Shown: positions 18,924 through 26,927 of the stretch, one piece after another | Numbering within the stretch: position 1 is the stretch's first letter | Layout of the letters: each line of letters starts with the position of its first letter | IMG/VR virus record: IMGVR_UViG_3300045837_000068 | Location: 1 to 39,189 of that record | Source: a virus | Taxonomy: Duplodnaviria > Caudoviricetes | Length of the DNA: 39,189 nt | Direction: 5' to 3' (one strand) | The notes under the pieces: generated by a model | Database searches by the model: none | Told to the model about the DNA's origin: nothing | What the model saw: only the letters and a program-made list of their open reading frames with translations | Made by a program: the position numbers and the translations under genes

Positions 18924-19112
18924 ATGGCCGAGTATATTTGCGAGCGCTGCCGCAAAGGCGCGGGCGTGTGTTTTGTCGATTGTTACTGGATGTGCCTGAA
19001 ATGCGTCGCCGGTTATCTCGACGCGCTCGACGCGGAGGCGCGGCGTCCTCCGGACGCGCGCAGGCGCTGGCGGGTTATCGGCGCTGACAGAGTTGAGAGT
19101 TACTGGCCATAA
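18924..19112 (+). CDS. Small Cys-rich (CxxC...CxxC) hypothetical protein
   Basis: MAEYICERC...MCLKC; AAGGA RBS. Confidence 0.6.
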   Translation: MAEYICERCRKGAGVCFVDCYWMCLKCVAGYLDALDAEARRPPDARRRWRVIGADRVESYWP

Positions 19113-19127
19113 GTTGCGGAGTAAATC

Positions 19128-20099
19128 ATGCGCGATCACGAATTATCGAAACTCGGCATCGGCGGCTCGGACATCGCGGCCATCTTCGGCCAGGACGAAT
19201 ACCGGGACGCGTTCAGCGTGTGGGCGGAGAAAAAAGGCCAGCTCGCGCGTCCGGAACCCGATCCCATGATGATCGTGGGCAAATGCCTCGAACGCGGCAT
19301 CGCGGAACTGTACACGCACGTGACCGGGCGACATATCGACTGGATCGACCGGACATTCGTTCATCACAAGTACGAATGGATGCGGTACACGCCGGATGCT
19401 CTGGTGATCGGCGAAAAACGCGGCCTCGATTGCAAAGTCATTCATTGGTCGCAGCGGCGTAAGTGGGGCGCGGACGCTTCCGACATACCGGCGCGCGTGG
19501 TCATGCAGGCGTACTGGTACATGGCTGCGCTCGATTTCGACTTATGGGACATAGCTGCTTTTCTCGGCGACTTGCCCCGGATTTATACCATCGAGCGCAA
19601 CCCTGAAGCCGAGCGGGCCATGCTCGACGGAGCGTACCAGTTTTATCGCCGCTTCATTCAGGGCAATGAGACGCCTCCGATTCAGGGACCGGCGGCGAAA
19701 GCCTGGCTCAACCGTACTTTCCCCATCCCGCGCGCGAATCTGCGCGAGGCGGATGTCGAAGAGATCGCGCTCATGCAGGAATACGCGGCCATCCGGGCCG
19801 AACTGCATCGAGTCGCGCAGGAGAAGGGCCGCGTCGAGAACGAGCTGAAATTGTGCGTGGGCGATCACGAAGGCATTTACTGGGAGGGCGGGAAGTTCAC
19901 CTGGAAACTGCGGCGCGAATCGAAGGGCGTGGACTGGCATTCGCTGGCGGAGGCGCTGCTCTGTAAACAATTCCAGACGGAAGAGGAGCGCGAGGCGCTG
20001 CGCAAAGAGTATGTGCGGGTAACGCGACCGGCCAGTCGCGCGATCCGCTTCGAATGGGATGGGCTGGAACTGAGCGAGGCGAACTATGGAATCGAATGA
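19128..20099 (+). CDS. YqaJ/lambda-exonuclease family viral recombination nuclease
   Basis: GIGGSDIAAIFG, VWAEKKG, G..LE, TPDAL, LDCK and Q..WYM motifs. Confidence 0.92.
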   Translation: MRDHELSKLGIGGSDIAAIFGQDEYRDAFSVWAEKKGQLARPEPDPMMIVGKCLERGIAELYTHVTGRHIDWIDRTFVHHKYEWMRYTPDALVIGEKRGLDCKVIHWSQRRKWGADASDIPARVVMQAYWYMAALDFDLWDIAAFLGDLPRIYTIERNPEAERAMLDGAYQFYRRFIQGNETPPIQGPAAKAWLNRTFPIPRANLREADVEEIALMQEYAAIRAELHRVAQEKGRVENELKLCVGDHEGIYWEGGKFTWKLRRESKGVDWHSLAEALLCKQFQTEEEREALRKEYVRVTRPASRAIRFEWDGLELSEANYGIE

Positions 20100-20358
20100 G
20101 ACGCCCGTAGATCCTTATCGGGAGGTCGAACGGCTGCGCAAAAACATACTCGGGCTGCTCAACCGGGCCGCCGGTTACAGCCACTGCCGCGCTCAGGAGT
20201 GCCGGGCCGAGGTCTGGTTTCTGAAGCATCTGGACGGCACGACCGGGGTTTATAACGCCGATGGCTCCAGCCATTTCACCACCTGCGCGAACCCGAACCG
20301 ATTCAGATCGCGCAAAAACAGGAGCGCCGTCGATGGCAAACGAACCGCAAACCAGTAA
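20086..20358 (+). CDS. Hypothetical protein with a putative Zn site (C..C...HF.TC)
   Basis: HCRAQECRAEVWF...SHFTTC pattern; overlaps its neighbours. Confidence 0.65.
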   Translation: MESNETPVDPYREVERLRKNILGLLNRAAGYSHCRAQECRAEVWFLKHLDGTTGVYNADGSSHFTTCANPNRFRSRKNRSAVDGKRTANQ

Positions 20359-21172
20359 GCCGGACGAAACCGCGCTGGTCGCGCCGGAACCGGCGTCCCG
20401 GCGGATCGAGGCCATGCTCCGAATGGTCGACATGCTCCCCGAAGGGGATGAGCGATTGACCATCATTCGGCGGCTGCTGGAATTCGAGCAGGATTCACGC
20501 CTCGCGGGTGTGTTCGCGGCCTCGGGCCAGTTCGCCGAGCTGAAGGGCCTGAGCCACGCTCAGGCCATCAACACGGCCATGGCCAAGATCGCGATGGGGC
20601 GCTCCTGGGGCCTCGACGTCGCCGATTCGATGCAGTTCATATTCTTCACGAACGGTCGACCGGGCCTGATGAACGAAGTTATCTCCGAACGGCTGCGAAA
20701 CGCCGGTTACGACTGGGACGTGCAGTGGCACGAAGAAATGGCCACTTACAAAGGGCGGCAGTGGCGCAAGTGTATCGGCTGTACGCTCTGGCCGAAGAGA
20801 AACGGCGAGCCGATCCTCGATTTCGATAAATCGCCCGTAAGTATTTCCTTCACGGAAGCGGACGCCGACAACGCGGAAATCTGGGAGAACGGGCAGAAGA
20901 AGAAGTTATCTGAAAAGTTCAATTACAAATCATGGCCACGGTCGATGTATTACTTCCGCTGCATTGCGATGCTGAAGCGGTTCTACGCGCCGGAAGCCAT
21001 GAAGGCGCTGCCGATGCTGGTCGAAAACGAAGACGCGCCGCCGTTCGAGATTGAGACCGCGCCGGTTGCCGATGAAAAAAAGCCGACGCTCGCCGAGCGC
21101 ATTGTCGAGGAGCGGAAACGAAACGCGGAACTGTTCGGAGAAAAGCCGGATGACGGCGACGAAAGTAAGTGA
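20333..21172 (+). CDS. Probable RecT-like single-strand annealing protein
   Basis: Follows YqaJ; KIAMG...GL....MQ.I....GRP, SFT..DA..A and YK.WP..M...R....R..APE pattern; AGGAG RBS. Confidence 0.7.
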   Translation: MANEPQTSKPDETALVAPEPASRRIEAMLRMVDMLPEGDERLTIIRRLLEFEQDSRLAGVFAASGQFAELKGLSHAQAINTAMAKIAMGRSWGLDVADSMQFIFFTNGRPGLMNEVISERLRNAGYDWDVQWHEEMATYKGRQWRKCIGCTLWPKRNGEPILDFDKSPVSISFTEADADNAEIWENGQKKKLSEKFNYKSWPRSMYYFRCIAMLKRFYAPEAMKALPMLVENEDAPPFEIETAPVADEKKPTLAERIVEERKRNAELFGEKPDDGDESK

Positions 21173-21326
21173 GCATGTCGAACGGTTTCGCAGGATCGAG
21201 ACCCAGTTTCTGTACTTACTCAGGCGGCGGCCATTCTGTATGTCCACTTACCAGGCGCAGCTGAAGGCGCTGCATGACGCGATAGGTCTGCTTGAAAAGG
21301 AGGCGGCGACGGATGGACGGCAATGA
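21150..21326 (+). CDS. Small hypothetical protein
   Basis: GGAG RBS; bridges the two flanking genes with overlaps. Confidence 0.5.
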   Translation: MTATKVSEHVERFRRIETQFLYLLRRRPFCMSTYQAQLKALHDAIGLLEKEAATDGRQ

Positions 21327-22302
21327 CCAGGCGCTCGCCGTAATCAACGGCCACGCGCTGCTGCTGCTGAAGGAGGCGAAGACCCTGACCGAAGTGCTCG
21401 CCATCCACAGCATGGCGAAGACGGCCCAGCATTATTTCGAGTACGTCGTCCACGCGGAAGGGGCCGCGCAGCACGCTTCCGAGGTCCGGCTGCGGGCCGA
21501 GCGGCGCGCGGGCGAAATGCTCATTGAGATGGCGGAAAAGGGCGAGCGGCCTTTGGGCCGCAAAAAAGAGTCACATGACGTTACTCTTTCCGCTCTCGAC
21601 GTCACGCGGATGCAGTCTTCCCGCTGGCAGCAGATCGCGGCTGTGCCGGAAGAGTTGTTCGAGGCGTACATCGCCGAACGCAGGGAGACGGAATCGCGGA
21701 AATTAATCGACCAGGCGGGTTTGCTGGCAATCGCCAAAGCGCAGCAAAAGGCGGCTGTAGCGGAGCTGATTCGCAATGAGCCGGAACCATTGCCGGACGG
21801 TCCGTATCGCGTCATTGTCGCCGACCCGCCCTGGCGGTACGAAAAGCGCAGCGGCGACGAAACGCATCGCAGCCGCGTTCCTTATCCCGATATGTCGATT
21901 GAGGAAATCCGGGATCTCCCGGTAGGTTCGCGCGCGGCGGATGATTCGATTCTCTGGCTGTGGACTACCAACGCATTCATGCGCGATTCGTTCACCGTGC
22001 TCGACGCCTGGGGCTTTGAGTCGCGCACGATTCTGACCTGGGTGAAAAATCAGATCGGCACGGGCGACTGGCTGCGCGGAAAGACCGAGCATTGCCTGCT
22101 CGCGGTTCGGGGCAGGCCGGTAGTTACTCTCACGAATCAGACGACCGCGCTTATCGCGGATCGCGGGGCGCATTCCGCGAAGCCGCCGGAGTTTTACGCC
22201 ATGGTGGAGGGTCTTTGTCCCGGTTCGCGGCTCGCCATCTTCGAGCGCGTGGAGCGGCCCGGCTGGCGCTGCTGGGGCGCGGAGATGCCCGATGAAGGAT
22301 GA
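21313..22302 (+). CDS. MT-A70-family N6-adenine methyltransferase with a helical N-terminal domain
   Basis: VIVADPPW, YP.MS.EEI, LWLWTTN, WGF...TILTWVK, G.WLRGKTEHCLL and HSAKP motifs. Confidence 0.92.
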   Translation: MDGNDQALAVINGHALLLLKEAKTLTEVLAIHSMAKTAQHYFEYVVHAEGAAQHASEVRLRAERRAGEMLIEMAEKGERPLGRKKESHDVTLSALDVTRMQSSRWQQIAAVPEELFEAYIAERRETESRKLIDQAGLLAIAKAQQKAAVAELIRNEPEPLPDGPYRVIVADPPWRYEKRSGDETHRSRVPYPDMSIEEIRDLPVGSRAADDSILWLWTTNAFMRDSFTVLDAWGFESRTILTWVKNQIGTGDWLRGKTEHCLLAVRGRPVVTLTNQTTALIADRGAHSAKPPEFYAMVEGLCPGSRLAIFERVERPGWRCWGAEMPDEG

Positions 22303-22957
22303 ATTTACCCGGCAATTGCCCTTCGGCGGGGCGGCGGAATCGCTGATCATCCGGTTCCTGATCGCGCGGGGCAATGGCGTGCTTCCGGTTTATGAACTGG
22401 AGACCGACTGGACTTCGAAAGGGCCGAGATTGTTGAGCGCCGATGGACAACTGATCGCGCCCGATGCTCTCGTGCTCAATCGAAATCGATGTCTCTCGTG
22501 GGCGGAAGTGAAACGAAAGTCCCATTTCACCTGGCATCGAAACTCGGGCTGCTGGACTACGGGAATCGACCGGAGATGCTTTGAGCACTATCTCGAAATC
22601 CGCCGCCGCTATGATTTTGAACTGTATCTGTTTTTTCTCCATGACGATCCGGTTCCCAGTCCGGAAGATCAGCGGCGCGGCTGTCCGGCGAGATGCCCGG
22701 CTGGCCTGTTCTGCGGAGAGATAGAAGAGCTTCAGGCGAATCCGAATCATACGTCCGGCAACTATGGGCGCGGCGGCATGATTTACTGGCGCGCGCCTCG
22801 GGCCGGGTGCTCATCCCCGCTGAAGCTGGTGGCGTCGATGGATGAGGTCATGGAAACCATTGCACGGATGCCGCCAGCAACGGACTGGCTCACGCCACGC
22901 GAGCGGGCGGCGAAAGAAAAACTCAGGAGCGTTTTGAGGAGCGCAGGCGAAGCATGA
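22292..22957 (+). CDS. Putative PD-(D/E)xK nuclease
   Basis: E-helix (GAAESLI), APDALV and WAEVKRK match the PD...ExK catalytic pattern; overlaps the methyltransferase gene. Confidence 0.65.
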   Translation: MKDEFTRQLPFGGAAESLIIRFLIARGNGVLPVYELETDWTSKGPRLLSADGQLIAPDALVLNRNRCLSWAEVKRKSHFTWHRNSGCWTTGIDRRCFEHYLEIRRRYDFELYLFFLHDDPVPSPEDQRRGCPARCPAGLFCGEIEELQANPNHTSGNYGRGGMIYWRAPRAGCSSPLKLVASMDEVMETIARMPPATDWLTPRERAAKEKLRSVLRSAGEA

Positions 22958-23304
22958 GAATTTACGAAAGCTTCCGGTATGATTTCACGGCTGAGGAGAA
23001 ACAGCAGCTGGGCCAGCAGCTGGCGCTCGAAGTCACTTCGCTCGCCGATAACGACCGGCAAAAGAAAGAGGCGGCGGCGCACTTCGCGGCCAAACACAAA
23101 GCCATCGAGTCGAACTGTTTCGAGCTGTCGGCGAAACTCACCAACGGTTACGAAATGCGGCAATTCGAAGTCATGGTCATGCTGGACACGCCGCGCCCCG
23201 GCTGGAAGCGCATCATTCGCGTGGACTCGAACGAAGCGGTTCGGGATGAGCCGATGACGTTCGCCGAAATGCAGCGCAATCTCGGGTTCGAGGAGGAGTC
23301 GTGA
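22954..23304 (+). CDS. Hypothetical coiled-coil phage protein
   Basis: ATGA overlap with the previous gene; coding-like composition. Confidence 0.7.
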   Translation: MRIYESFRYDFTAEEKQQLGQQLALEVTSLADNDRQKKEAAAHFAAKHKAIESNCFELSAKLTNGYEMRQFEVMVMLDTPRPGWKRIIRVDSNEAVRDEPMTFAEMQRNLGFEEES

Positions 23305-23396
23305 GTAACGGCTGGTGGCTGGCCATCGCGCTGGCGCTGATTCTCGCGACCATCCTTGTGGTTTTCATGGGGGGCAGGAGACCGCCGCGCGCGTGA
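23301..23396 (+). CDS. 31-aa single-pass membrane peptide (not in ORF track)
   Basis: AGGAGGA RBS and GTGA overlap; translates MSNGWWLAIALALILATILVVFMGGRRPPRA. Confidence 0.6.
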   Translation: MSNGWWLAIALALILATILVVFMGGRRPPRA

Positions 23397-23402
23397 TGAG
23401 TC

Positions 23403-23660
23403 ATGGCGGAACCGGAGAGACCCGCGACCGTTGACGAAGCCATAGCGCGCGTGGTGCGGGAAGAGATCGCGCGCCTGAGTCTGCGCCGCCAGCGCGTGCT
23501 CACGCTCGAACAGACGGCGGAGTACCTGGGCACGTCCGAGGGCACGGTTCACAATCTGGTCGCGCTCGGCAAACTGAAGCCGTGCCGCTTCGACCGGCGG
23601 CCACGCTTCGACATCGACGACGTGAACCGGCTGGTCGAAGAGAGCAAAGACGGGCGGTAA
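23403..23660 (+). CDS. Excisionase-like HTH protein
   Basis: VLTLEQTAEYLGTSEGTVHNLVALGKL...RF...DV motif; upstream of the integrase. Confidence 0.85.
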   Translation: MAEPERPATVDEAIARVVREEIARLSLRRQRVLTLEQTAEYLGTSEGTVHNLVALGKLKPCRFDRRPRFDIDDVNRLVEESKDGR

Positions 23661-23678
23661 ACCTTCAGGGGCACAGAC

Positions 23679-23708
23679 TTGCACTATATCGTTAAAACTG
23701 ATATAGTG
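23679..23708 (+). promoter_or_regulatory. Sigma70 promoter TTGCAC-17-TATAGT overlapped by the palindromic operator CACTATATC-N9-GATATAGTG
   Basis: Exact 17-nt spacer and a perfect 9-bp inverted repeat. The ATG lies 6 nt after the -10 box, suggesting a leaderless transcript. Confidence 0.75.
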
Positions 23709-23713
23709 GGGTC

Positions 23714-23905
23714 ATGAGTAAAAAGCATTTCATTCGAATCGCGGACGCCATCCGGGATCACAACCGGCGCGGGATGGACCGTTTCAGCGCCGCCCAGCTG
23801 GAAACGCTCGCGGGCGTTCTGCGCGAACAGAATCCGGCATTCAAGACCGACCGCTGGCTCGGCTACATCGCGGGCGAGAACGGGCCGAACGGAGGCGCGC
23901 GGTAA
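23714..23905 (+). CDS. Small hypothetical phage protein
   Basis: M.KKHF..IA.....LA..L...NP.F...R pattern; directly downstream of the promoter. Confidence 0.75.
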   Translation: MSKKHFIRIADAIRDHNRRGMDRFSAAQLETLAGVLREQNPAFKTDRWLGYIAGENGPNGGAR

Positions 23906-23910
23906 AGCCG

Positions 23911-23933
23911 ATATCGGCAATCACGATATAATG
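23911..23933 (+). promoter_or_regulatory. Second operator/promoter ATATC-N9-GATAT containing TATAAT
   Basis: Same core and 9-nt spacer as 23682..23708; TATAAT at 23927..23932. Confidence 0.6.
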
Positions 23934-23952
23934 AAGACATGAAAGGAAATGA

Positions 23953-24132
23953 ATGAAGACGCTTTCTCTGGCGGAGCGCATGCGGAAATGCAACCGCTGC
24001 GAATGGGAATGGGTGATCCGGGCGAACGGCGCAGAACCGCTCAAGTGCCCGAAATGCAATTCGCCCTACTGGAACAAAGAGCGGGTTTTCGAACGCCCGA
24101 AGCGCATGCGGGCGAAGCGGAGGGCGGCATGA
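23953..24132 (+). CDS. 59-aa zinc-ribbon protein (not in ORF track)
   Basis: MKTLSLAERMRKCNRCEWEW...PLKCPKCNSPYWNK; AAAGGA RBS; ATGA overlap with the next gene. Confidence 0.8.
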   Translation: MKTLSLAERMRKCNRCEWEWVIRANGAEPLKCPKCNSPYWNKERVFERPKRMRAKRRAA

Positions 24133-24317
24133 CGGATTCGACCATCATCGCGCTCGCCGCCGTGATCGGGGCCATTCTGACGCCGGTTACCGCGCTGATT
24201 CTGAACTATCGCGGCTTCAATTCCCTCGAACGGCGTCTGGAACTGATCGAAGCGGATCTGAAAATGTTCTACCGCGAGATCACCCAGATTAAAGCCAGGA
24301 TCGGACTGGATCAATGA
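24129..24317 (+). CDS. Small membrane-anchored coiled-coil protein
   Basis: MTDSTIIALAAVIGAILTPVTALIL followed by LERRLELIEADL; GGAGG RBS. The longer 23949 start is rejected. Confidence 0.7.
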   Translation: MTDSTIIALAAVIGAILTPVTALILNYRGFNSLERRLELIEADLKMFYREITQIKARIGLDQ

Positions 24318-24496
24318 AAGACGAAATCACCGATACCTGGAAGCCGCTCGCGACCCGAAGCCGCTGCTCGCGGGCGCGCTGCGTTCACTGGGCCGAATTC
24401 ATTCGGCTGCGCGTCGTGCGCGCAGGCGACGGGGAATCGCGCGGCGCGGAATATTTCTGCGCGGAATGCGCGCGCCGGGAAGGATGCCCGTTATGA
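24314..24496 (+). CDS. Small Cys-containing hypothetical protein
   Basis: CSRARC...YFCAECA; ATGA overlaps on both sides. Confidence 0.6.
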   Translation: MKDEITDTWKPLATRSRCSRARCVHWAEFIRLRVVRAGDGESRGAEYFCAECARREGCPL

Positions 24497-25587
24497 GCGG
24501 CTACGGGAACGGTTCGTATCACAAAGTTCGCCCTGGAGTTTTCCGGCTGCGGGCGAGGGGCCAGTCGCGCAATGTCGAAGCGGCGGGACCGATGGAGGCA
24601 AAAGCGAAGCTGCGCGAATTCATCGCGGAGCTGGACAGGGAAAAGGAGCGGGCAAGCGGCAACTCGCTCGCCCAGCTGTTCGAGCTGATGCTGAACGATC
24701 TGGACGATAACAACCGGAAGGACGTCGCGACGGTCCGGCTGCGCTGGAACCGGCATCTCAAGCCGGTATTTGGACATGTCGACGCCGGGGCGCTTCAGCC
24801 TGCGGATATTTCGAAGTACATCCGAAAACGCAAGGACGCGGGCGCGGCCAATGCGACCGTAAACCGGGAGCTGGCCATCATCCGGCGCGTGCTTCATCTC
24901 GCGCACCAGGACGGGCGAATCCCGACCGAACCGCCGGTGAAGGCGCTCTCCGAGAAAGGCAACGCGCGGCGCGGATTTGTGGAACGCGCGGTCTATCTGC
25001 GCTTTCTCGAAGCGCTGCCGGATCAGGCGAAATTGCCCTGGGTATTCGGGTATCACACCGGGATGCGCAGGGGCCAGCTGCTCGAATTGCGGTGGGAGTG
25101 GATCGACTGGGAGCGGAAAACACTTGCTGTACCGGGCGACTTCACCAAAAACGGCGAGGACAATAAAGTGCCGATTTATGGCGACATGCTGCCCTGGCTG
25201 AAGTGGGCATGGTCCACGCGCAATCCCGACTGTCCGTTTATTTTTCAGTACCGTGGGCGGCGATTGAAGTCATTCAAAAACGCCTTCAACTCGACCCGCG
25301 AAAAGCTGGGAATGCCGGGAACGCTGTTTCACGATCTGCGGCGGACGGCGCTTCGGAACATGGAGCGCGAAGGCATCGACCGGCGCGACGCGATGAAGAT
25401 CTCCAATCACAAGACGGAAGCAGTCTACCTGCGGTATGCGGGGATTTCAGACGAAAGGTCAGTCATGGAGATCGGCAGGCGTATGGAGGAATACCATCGC
25501 CGTGAGGCGCAGAAAAATAATACGGCGGCTGAATTTGTCCCGGAACTTGTCCCCGCTTCTACAAACCCTTCCGAAAAACCCAACTGA
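24493..25587 (+). CDS. int: Tyrosine recombinase (phage integrase)
   Basis: ATVNREL, HTGMRRGQLLEL (catalytic R), TKNG (K), FHDLRRT (HxxR), SNHKT (H) and YLRY (Y); adjacent to a tRNA-derived attP. Confidence 0.95.
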   Translation: MSGYGNGSYHKVRPGVFRLRARGQSRNVEAAGPMEAKAKLREFIAELDREKERASGNSLAQLFELMLNDLDDNNRKDVATVRLRWNRHLKPVFGHVDAGALQPADISKYIRKRKDAGAANATVNRELAIIRRVLHLAHQDGRIPTEPPVKALSEKGNARRGFVERAVYLRFLEALPDQAKLPWVFGYHTGMRRGQLLELRWEWIDWERKTLAVPGDFTKNGEDNKVPIYGDMLPWLKWAWSTRNPDCPFIFQYRGRRLKSFKNAFNSTREKLGMPGTLFHDLRRTALRNMEREGIDRRDAMKISNHKTEAVYLRYAGISDERSVMEIGRRMEEYHRREAQKNNTAAEFVPELVPASTNPSEKPN

Positions 25588-25617
25588 AAATCCGCTGTAA
25601 GTTATGTGTTTTGTTAT

Positions 25618-25677
25618 TGGTGCGGGCGATAGGACTTGAACCTACACTCCCTTGCGGGAACTGGAACCTAAATCCAA
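25618..25677 (-). other. attP core: 3' half of tRNA-Leu(TAG)
   Basis: Minus strand reads TTGGA-TTTAGGT-TCCAG (anticodon TAG), long variable arm TCCC-GCAA-GGGA, T arm GTAGG-TTCAAGT-CCTAT, then CGCCCGCACCA. There is no D arm or 5' acceptor strand. Confidence 0.9.
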
Positions 25678-25702
25678 TACCAGTGATTTTCAGTGATTCT
25701 CT

Positions 25703-25741
25703 CCCGGCCCAAATGATTGATTTCATTGGGCCGGGTTTTTT
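25703..25741 (+). terminator. GC hairpin plus T-tract (possible intrinsic terminator) containing an IHF-consensus site
   Basis: CCCGGCCCAA...TTGGGCCGGG followed by TTTTTT. CAAATGATTGATT (25710..25722) matches YAANNNNYTGATW. Confidence 0.55.
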
Positions 25742-25852
25742 GTTGTCCTCACCGAGTACCACCAACTACAACCTCAGATTTGTCCTGAACTTGTCCTGAG
25801 TCTCGGTTTCCCGCCTCTTCAAATCCTGCATTTTCCGCTGTAAAACGTTGCT

Positions 25853-26218
25853 GTGAATTGCGAGACCTGCGGGCAACTGCTGCCCGATTCCTGGGTGTCC
25901 CTTTCCTGCGCAGGCTGCCTCCAGAAGCGCGCGCGGCTGGCCATGCGGCGATTACACCAGGACTACGTCGCCGACGCCATAGCGGGCCTGCGCGACCTCA
26001 TCGTGGCCAAATCCACGAACTCGCTGACCTGGCACCTGGCGCAGATCGGCCACGCCGACCAGACGTTCTGCTGGCAGCGGCCACGGGGCATCCGCCAGCG
26101 CAGGCGCATGTCGTGGAGCCACCTGCAGGCGGAACGCCTCTGCGCGGACTGTGAACGGGAGTTTAACGAGATCGCGGCGGCGCTGCCGCGACCGGCGGCG
26201 CGGGCTGAGGCGGTATGA
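25853..26218 (+). CDS. Cys-rich hypothetical protein
   Basis: CxxC, CxxC, WH...TFC and CxxC motifs; ATGA overlap with the next gene. Confidence 0.65.
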   Translation: MNCETCGQLLPDSWVSLSCAGCLQKRARLAMRRLHQDYVADAIAGLRDLIVAKSTNSLTWHLAQIGHADQTFCWQRPRGIRQRRRMSWSHLQAERLCADCEREFNEIAAALPRPAARAEAV

Positions 26219-26376
26219 AGCGGGCGAAGTCGAAGCCGCTGCGGACGGCGCCCATCTGCGGCGCAGTCGATCCTTCGAAGCGCTTCGTCTGCACCGAGGA
26301 CAAGGGGCATGAAGGCGTACACGTGGCGCGGGCGCACGGGCGATTCTGGCCCGAGAAGAGGGCGGCGGCGAAATGA
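26215..26376 (+). CDS. 53-aa C..C...GHxGxH zinc-finger-like protein (not in ORF track)
   Basis: MKRAKSKPLRTAPICGAVDPSKRFVCTEDKGHEGVH...; ATGA overlaps on both sides. Confidence 0.65.
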   Translation: MKRAKSKPLRTAPICGAVDPSKRFVCTEDKGHEGVHVARAHGRFWPEKRAAAK

Positions 26377-26768
26377 ACCGCTTTCGGCTTACCGCGCCGC
26401 CCCGCGTGAAACTCACGGAAAACGACGTGGAGGGCGCTGCGCTCGATTATCTGCGGCTGCGGGGCTATTACGCCATCCGGCTGCACGTGGGGCGCTATCG
26501 CGCTCCAAAGGGCCAGTACGTGACGATTGGCGAGCCTGGCCTTCCCGACTGGGCTTTCATCCATCCCGACTTTCCCGGATTCCTGCTCGAAGCCAAACGC
26601 CCCGGACGCGCGGCGGACGCGCGCCAGCTGGCGAAGCATGATGAGCTGCGGCGGATCTGGAAGCTGGGGATAGCGGTCGTCGATTCACTCGAAGAGCTGA
26701 AGGAATTTCTCGCGCTGCATGAGCGCTCCGCCGCGCTCCGCTGGGGGCGGGGCGCGATTCCCGGTTGA
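26373..26768 (+). CDS. VRR-NUC domain nuclease (Holliday junction resolvase-like)
   Basis: TENDVE, GLPDW, LEAKRPG, Q and VVDSLEE motifs. Confidence 0.88.
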   Translation: MNRFRLTAPPRVKLTENDVEGAALDYLRLRGYYAIRLHVGRYRAPKGQYVTIGEPGLPDWAFIHPDFPGFLLEAKRPGRAADARQLAKHDELRRIWKLGIAVVDSLEELKEFLALHERSAALRWGRGAIPG

Positions 26769-26781
26769 GCGCCTTCGTCCC

Positions 26782-26814
26782 AAAAAAAAGAAACCGGGCA
26801 CTCGGCCCGGCTTC
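26782..26814 (-). terminator. Candidate minus-strand intrinsic terminator
   Basis: A8 tract followed by the hairpin CCGGGC-ACTCG-GCCCGG. Confidence 0.45.
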
Positions 26815-26927
26815 GTTCGGAATCAGCAACTCAACAACCCAAAGGTGAGTGAAAACGATGGAATCGTTCTTCATCGTAGCGGACGCGGACGGGCATTTCC
26901 ACAGATTTCTGGTCGGGAGTAGTACCG

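Larger units (their letters stand above)
25534..25799. repeat. Integrase arm-type sites: paired TTGTCC direct repeats flanking the attP core
   Basis: tttgtcccggaacttgtccc at 25534..25553, tttgtcctgaacttgtcctga at 25779..25799, and a single ttgtcc at 25743..25748. Confidence 0.7.

Noticed and set aside
23949-24128. N-terminal half of the 122-aa ORF 23949..24317
   Set aside because: An overlapping frame (23953..24132) encodes a clear CxxC/CPxC Zn ribbon. The membrane protein more plausibly starts at 24129.
25618-25677. Functional tRNA-Leu gene
   Set aside because: Only the anticodon arm through CCA is present. The D arm and 5' acceptor strand are missing, so it is the attP core.
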